This document shows positions 47,336-51,868 of a stretch of DNA of 51,868 nt, one piece after another. The DNA is from Pseudomonadota bacterium (GTDB lineage Bacteria > Bdellovibrionota > FAC87 > UBA2466): NCBI GenBank assembly GCA_043767805.1, contig JAYUGC010000167.1:1-51868 (forward strand), given 5' to 3'. Position numbers and translations under genes: made by a program. The notes under the pieces were generated by a model. The model saw nothing but the letters and a program-made list of their open reading frames with translations, was not told where the DNA came from and ran no database searches. How positions within the stretch are numbered: the stretch's first letter is position 1; each line of letters opens with the position of its first letter.

Positions 47336-50200
47336 TTGGATCGCGAAATCATCATTAAAGGGGCGCGAGAGCATAACCTCAAGAACATCGATATCACCAT
47401 TCCGCGGGACAAGCTCGTCGTCATTACCGGGCTTAGCGGCTCGGGCAAGTCTTCGCTCGCGTTCGATACCATTTATGCCGAAGGCCAGCGCCGGTACCTA
47501 GAGTCGCTCTCGGCTTACGCCCGGCAATTTCTCGATCAAATGCGTAAGCCCGACGTCGACTCCATCGACGGGCTGTCGCCTGCGATTTCCATCGAGCAAA
47601 AGCACATTAGTCGTAACCCGCGATCGACCGTGGGCACCGTCACCGAGATTTACGATTTTCTGCGTCTCCTTTACGCTCGCGCCGGAACGCCGCACTGCTT
47701 TTCGTGTGGCAAGCCCATTCAGACGCAGACCATTCAGCAAATCGTCGATCAGATCCTTTCCGAGAAGGAAGGCACCAAGTTCGCGGTCCTGGCTCCCATC
47801 GTGCGCGGCAAGAAGGGTGAGTACCAAAAGGAGCTCCTCGATTTGCGCGCCAAGGGTTTCGTTCGCGCCCGCATCGACGGCCAAGAGGTCAACCTCAGTG
47901 AGCCCGTTAAGCTCAAGAAAAGCAATAAGCACGACATCTCCATCTACATCGATCGCCTGGTGTTAAAGCCAGGCATCCAGGCGCGCCTCACGGAAGCGGT
48001 CGAGATGGCGGCGCGCCTCGCCGAAGGGCTCGCCGAAGTCGAGTACCAGCCCGATAAGCGGACACGCTTTTTCTCTACTAAGTTCGCCTGCGCCGATTGC
48101 GGCACGAGTTTTCCCGAAGTCGAACCTCGCAGCTTTTCTTTCAATAGCCCCCATGGCGCTTGCCCAGAGTGCTCCGGCCTGGGCATGGAACAGGTCGTGG
48201 ATCCGGATAAAATCATCCCCAATCCCGAGCTTTCGCTTTATGACGGCGCCATCGCGCCCTGGGCGGAGAAGACGGAAGAGTGGAAGACTCGCGTCTACGA
48301 AACGCTCGCCAAAAAATATAAGTTCAATCCCACGGTGCCGTTCAAGGATTTGCCGGCCGCCGTTCGGGATCTCTTACTCCATGGCTCCGGCAAGACGGAG
48401 ATCGACTTCAAAGTAGAAAAAGGCGCGGGCCATACTTTCAAGCAGGCTTTCCAAGGCGTCATTCCTTCGCTGAAGGAAGCCCTCGCCAATGCGGATCCCG
48501 ATGACGATGAAGAAGGCCTTTCGGATTTCGTGGCCTTTCGAAAATGCTCGGTTTGCCAAGGCACTCGGCTTCGCAAGGAAATGACTTTTGTTTTCGTGGG
48601 CGGAAAGAACATCGCCGAAGTCTGCGAAATGGACATTTCGGCCTGTCACAAATTTTTGAAGCGAGTCCCTCTCGATCGCAATCAGACCATCATCGCCGAA
48701 CCGGTGATGAAGGAGATCTTTGCCCGCCTGACGTTTTTGGAGAACGTGGGACTGACTTATCTAACCCTCGCTCGGTCGTCCGCTACTATTTCCGGCGGAG
48801 AGGCGCAACGCATTCGTCTGGCGACTCAAATCGGCTCCAATCTCGTCGGCGTCTTGTACGTGCTGGACGAGCCGAGCATTGGCCTTCATCAGCGAGACAA
48901 TAGTAAGCTTATCGGCACTCTCGAAAAACTGCGGGACCAGGGCAACTCGGTTTTGGTGGTCGAGCACGATCAGGAAACCATCGAGCGCGCCGACTTTGTC
49001 GTCGATATCGGTCCGGGAGCGGGTAAGCACGGCGGACAAATCATTTTCAACGGCACGCCTGGAAAGCTTCGCAGCGCGAAGGGAAGCCTCACGAGCGATT
49101 ACCTAACGGGCAAGCGAACCATTCCCGTGCCGGAAGCCCGCCGCAAGGCCGACGCCTCCCGCATGCTGGAAATCCATGGGGCGACGGAAAACAACCTTAA
49201 GAACATCGACGTCCAGATTCCTCTGGGACTTTTCGTTTGTCTCACGGGGGTTTCCGGATCGGGTAAGAGTTCCCTCATCATCGACTCGCTTCTTCCCGCG
49301 TTAGAGCACAGGCTCTCCAGAACCGCGTTCCACTCTTCGACCATCAAGGACATTGATGGGCTCGACCAGCTGAACAAAGTCATTCACGTGGATCAAAGCC
49401 CCATTGGCCGTACGCCGCGCTCGAACCCGGCGACCTACACGGGTCTTTTCACCGACATCCGTACGCTGTTTGCGGGACTTCCCGAAGCCCGCGTGCGCGG
49501 CTACTCCCTGAGTCGTTTTTCCTTCAACGTTTCAGGCGGGCGCTGCGAAGCCTGCCGCGGGGACGGCACCATCAAGATCAGCATGCACTTTTTGCCGGAC
49601 GTCTTCGTGCCTTGCGAAGTCTGCCGTTGCCGTCGTTACAACCGTGAGACTCTCGAAATTCTGTACCGAGGCAAAAGCATCGCCGACGTTTTGGAGATGA
49701 CCATTGAAGACGCGGCCTCCTTCTTCGAGCGCGTTCCTTCTTTGAGCGGCAAGCTCAAGACCTTGCTCGACGTAGGCTTGGGTTACGTCCATCTCGGCCA
49801 GAGCGCGGTCACGTTGTCAGGCGGAGAAGCCCAGCGCATCAAGCTCGCTCGCGAACTAAGCCGCCGAGCTACCGGCAAAACGCTCTACATTCTCGACGAG
49901 CCGACGACCGGCCTGCACTTCGAGGACGTGAATAAGCTTTTACAAATTCTCCAGGCCCTCGTCTCTCAGGGAAACACGGTGGTCGTCATCGAGCACAATC
50001 TCGATGTGATCAAGCAGGCGGATTATTTAGTCGATCTCGGGCCCGAAGGGGGCGAAGGCGGCGGCCACTTGCTTTATCAAGGTCCGCCCGAGGGATTGGT
50101 ACGAATCTCCGAGTCTCACACGGGTCAGTACTTAGGTCCTTACCTGAAGCCCGCGACCTCTACGAAGTCACGGGCTCCAGGTTTAGAAACCGGAATCTAG
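47336..50200 (+). CDS. uvrA: Excinuclease ABC subunit A
   Basis: GAREHNLKN, two Walker A motifs (GLSGSGKS, GVSGSGKS), zinc fingers, SGGEAQRI twice; TTG start 47336 after AGGAG. Confidence 0.97.
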   Translation: MDREIIIKGAREHNLKNIDITIPRDKLVVITGLSGSGKSSLAFDTIYAEGQRRYLESLSAYARQFLDQMRKPDVDSIDGLSPAISIEQKHISRNPRSTVGTVTEIYDFLRLLYARAGTPHCFSCGKPIQTQTIQQIVDQILSEKEGTKFAVLAPIVRGKKGEYQKELLDLRAKGFVRARIDGQEVNLSEPVKLKKSNKHDISIYIDRLVLKPGIQARLTEAVEMAARLAEGLAEVEYQPDKRTRFFSTKFACADCGTSFPEVEPRSFSFNSPHGACPECSGLGMEQVVDPDKIIPNPELSLYDGAIAPWAEKTEEWKTRVYETLAKKYKFNPTVPFKDLPAAVRDLLLHGSGKTEIDFKVEKGAGHTFKQAFQGVIPSLKEALANADPDDDEEGLSDFVAFRKCSVCQGTRLRKEMTFVFVGGKNIAEVCEMDISACHKFLKRVPLDRNQTIIAEPVMKEIFARLTFLENVGLTYLTLARSSATISGGEAQRIRLATQIGSNLVGVLYVLDEPSIGLHQRDNSKLIGTLEKLRDQGNSVLVVEHDQETIERADFVVDIGPGAGKHGGQIIFNGTPGKLRSAKGSLTSDYLTGKRTIPVPEARRKADASRMLEIHGATENNLKNIDVQIPLGLFVCLTGVSGSGKSSLIIDSLLPALEHRLSRTAFHSSTIKDIDGLDQLNKVIHVDQSPIGRTPRSNPATYTGLFTDIRTLFAGLPEARVRGYSLSRFSFNVSGGRCEACRGDGTIKISMHFLPDVFVPCEVCRCRRYNRETLEILYRGKSIADVLEMTIEDAASFFERVPSLSGKLKTLLDVGLGYVHLGQSAVTLSGGEAQRIKLARELSRRATGKTLYILDEPTTGLHFEDVNKLLQILQALVSQGNTVVVIEHNLDVIKQADYLVDLGPEGGEGGGHLLYQGPPEGLVRISESHTGQYLGPYLKPATSTKSRAPGLETGI

Positions 50201-50239
50201 ATCCGGGCGCCGTTGCGGTACCGCACTTGGATGTGAAGC

Positions 50240-50524
50240 GTGTCATTAGGGCTGGTGGAGAAACTCCAGGGGGCTGGATATTTGGCTCGGGTAAGCTGCA
50301 CGTTCCGAAGACGTCTCTCCTAAACGGAGTAAACCATTCCAACTGGCGGATGCGGGCGGTTTGGGATTCCCAAAATCCGGCGGGTGGTGCACTCTCACAG
50401 CCGCAAGGACCTCGAGGTCCTCAAACAAAAAATCCTCGCGCTGATAGATGAATCGCGCGCCATCGTCGGCCCTTCCCCGTCCGAGGAATTCAGCTGCCTT
50501 TGCCTCGATCTCTTTCCGGTCTAA
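50240..50524 (+). pseudogene. Frameshifted C-terminal remnant of a DUF4423/TIGR02147-like gene
   Basis: Three frame segments join as LGLVEKLQG / GWIFGSGKLHVPKTSLLNGVNHSNWRMRAV / HSRKDLEVLKQKILALIDESRAIVGPSPSEEFSCLCLDLFPV*. Confidence 0.65.
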
Positions 50525-50528
50525 AGAC

Positions 50529-50566
50529 AAAAAAACCCCGGAGAGCTTTCGCCCGCCGGGGTTTTT
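50529..50566. terminator. Bidirectional intrinsic terminator downstream of atpE and of uvrA/pseudogene
   Basis: AAAAAAACCCCGG...CCGGGGTTTTT stem with A/T tracts on both sides. Confidence 0.85.
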
Positions 50567-50590
50567 AATCTAACGAGTTCGAGCTCGCGA

Positions 50591-50923
50591 CTACAGCTTG
50601 CCCATGAGCAAGTACACAATCGCGAACGTGAACAATACGAGGGTTTCCACGAATACGAGCGAGAGGATGAGCTGCGTGCCCATGCCCTTTTGCGCGCCGG
50701 GATTACGAGACACGCCCTGCATGTAGCTAGAGGCGATCCGACCCTGAGCGGTCGAAGCGGCAACCACCGCAAGCGCCATACCGAGGGCAACGGCGACAGG
50801 ACCCGCCCAACCGCCAGCCGAGGTGGCTGCCGTATGGGCCGCTTCTTCGGCAAAAGCCGAGAGCGACGAAGTCATTGCACCAAGTACCGCCATCCAACCG
50901 AAATTCACGCGTTTAGTGTTCAC
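50591..50923 (-). CDS. atpE: ATP synthase F0 subunit c with N-terminal extension
   Basis: RNP loop and conserved Glu (FVETL); GTG start after AGGAGG. Confidence 0.92.
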   Translation of the reverse strand: MNTKRVNFGWMAVLGAMTSSLSAFAEEAAHTAATSAGGWAGPVAVALGMALAVVAASTAQGRIASSYMQGVSRNPGAQKGMGTQLILSLVFVETLVLFTFAIVYLLMGKL

Positions 50924-50942
50924 TTTTCCTCCTGCAAAAAAA

Positions 50943-51656
50943 TTAGTGTTCCTCATGCTCCGTCGCCATCTGAAGGTAAACAGACGTCAACGTGGCAAAA
51001 AGAAAGGCCTGAATCGTACAGACGACGACGCCGAAAAGCAATAACGGAACCGGTACAACCCACGCTACGAGCGACGCGAAGGACCCGGCCAGCAAATGGT
51101 CGATGGTCATGTTCAGGAAAAGACGAAGGCCGAGAGTAAACGGCCGCAAAACGTGAGAGAGGAGCTCGAAGGCGGCGATGGGAATTCCCATCACGCCCAT
51201 GCCCATCAGGAAGTGTTTCCCGTAATTGACGATGCCGTGCTCGCGAATGCCCATGTAGTTGTAATAGAGGAACACGGCGCCACCGAGGCCCAAGGTCGTA
51301 TTGAGGTTCGAGGTGGGCGCGGAGCTATGGGGCAACAGTCCCAAGAGATTGCAAAGGAGCGTAAAAATGAAAAGCGTCGCCACCATGGGGAAGTACTTCA
51401 CGCCGTGGTGGCCGATGGTGTCTTCCACCATTTTGTAGAGGCCTTCCACGAGAACATCGACCACGTTGACCAAGCTGATTTTCGGAGACGGGACCAGGCT
51501 CTCCTCGAGCTTACCCATGATCCGGCGGTTCGCGATGATCGACACCACGAGAATGAACAACGTCACCAAGACGGCGCCGTTAACGTGGATGTAGGCTGGG
51601 TCGTGCGGAAGCAAGGGAAGCTTCAACAACCAAGATGTGGGACCGCCGTGTTCCAA
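50943..51656 (-). CDS. atpB: ATP synthase F0 subunit a
   Basis: NLLGLLP, PTSNLNTT, RPFTLGLRLFxNM, IQAFLFATL; TTG start after AAGGAG. Confidence 0.95.
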   Translation of the reverse strand: MEHGGPTSWLLKLPLLPHDPAYIHVNGAVLVTLFILVVSIIANRRIMGKLEESLVPSPKISLVNVVDVLVEGLYKMVEDTIGHHGVKYFPMVATLFIFTLLCNLLGLLPHSSAPTSNLNTTLGLGGAVFLYYNYMGIREHGIVNYGKHFLMGMGVMGIPIAAFELLSHVLRPFTLGLRLFLNMTIDHLLAGSFASLVAWVVPVPLLLFGVVVCTIQAFLFATLTSVYLQMATEHEEH

Positions 51657-51779
51657 AAAGACTCCTTAAAAGCACTCCTCTCATACCTACAAAGAATTGG
51701 GTTTTCAACCGTAGATTCGGCGGTGCGGCTCACCAATATATTTCTGGATTTCTCGCGGTTTAAGAGAGAAGTTCGTCCG

Positions 51780-51868
51780 ATGAATTTCGTTTCCGAAGAC
51801 ATCGCCCGTTACTGCCTGAGCCACAGCGATCACGCCTCTCCGCTAACGGAGGAGCTGGCCGCTTTCAC
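51780..51868 (+). CDS. N-terminal fragment, probably class I O-methyltransferase (truncated by window edge)
   Basis: MNFVSEDIARYCLSHSDHASPLTEELAAF resembles the N-terminus of caffeoyl-CoA-type O-methyltransferases. Confidence 0.55.
   Translation, partial: MNFVSEDIARYCLSHSDHASPLTEELAAF

Noticed and set aside
50246..50530. 94-aa minus-strand ORF after atpE
   Set aside because: Its TTG start lies in the terminator T-tract, and the + strand gives a better explanation (DUF4423-like remnant)
1..51868. CRISPR array, prophage, transposase, retron or defence genes; apparent abundance of TCGA
   Set aside because: No spaced direct repeats or hallmark proteins seen; the TCGA excess was not counted and may reflect codon usage

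Overview
GC-rich, densely coded bacterial chromosome segment, most consistent with a Bdellovibrionota/deltaproteobacterial-type genome. This is inferred from a DUF4423/TIGR02147-like remnant, stand-alone atpBE with a pre-sequence on subunit c, three tandem parvulins, a GldAFG-like ABC system and RxPAS-type motifs. Most genes are housekeeping or envelope genes: yajQ, rimO, lptF, rarA, cyclophilin, tsaB, transaldolase, NAD kinase, serS, ftsY, a sigma54 two-component pair, surA-like PPIases, PMM/PGM, uvrA and atpB/atpE. No rRNA, tRNA, CRISPR array, integrase or transposase was seen. The most interesting signals are: (1) a tandem pair of paralogous secreted Gly-rich proteins (2890-6893) behind a sigma54-type promoter, where one copy has a zinc-metalloprotease-like HEAIGHSQFGH motif and the other has lost all four putative catalytic/ligand residues; (2) a TGTATAC(C)AACTG motif shared by that promoter region, a second sigma54-type promoter for a 77-aa secreted protein, and the promoter of (3) an unannotated ~220-nt structured RNA candidate (16238-16465); (4) repeated leaderless-mRNA promoter architecture; (5) a 169-bp element with perfect 32-bp inverted repeats; and (6) an atypical ATP synthase c subunit. 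All calls come from reading the sequence by eye; no searches were run.
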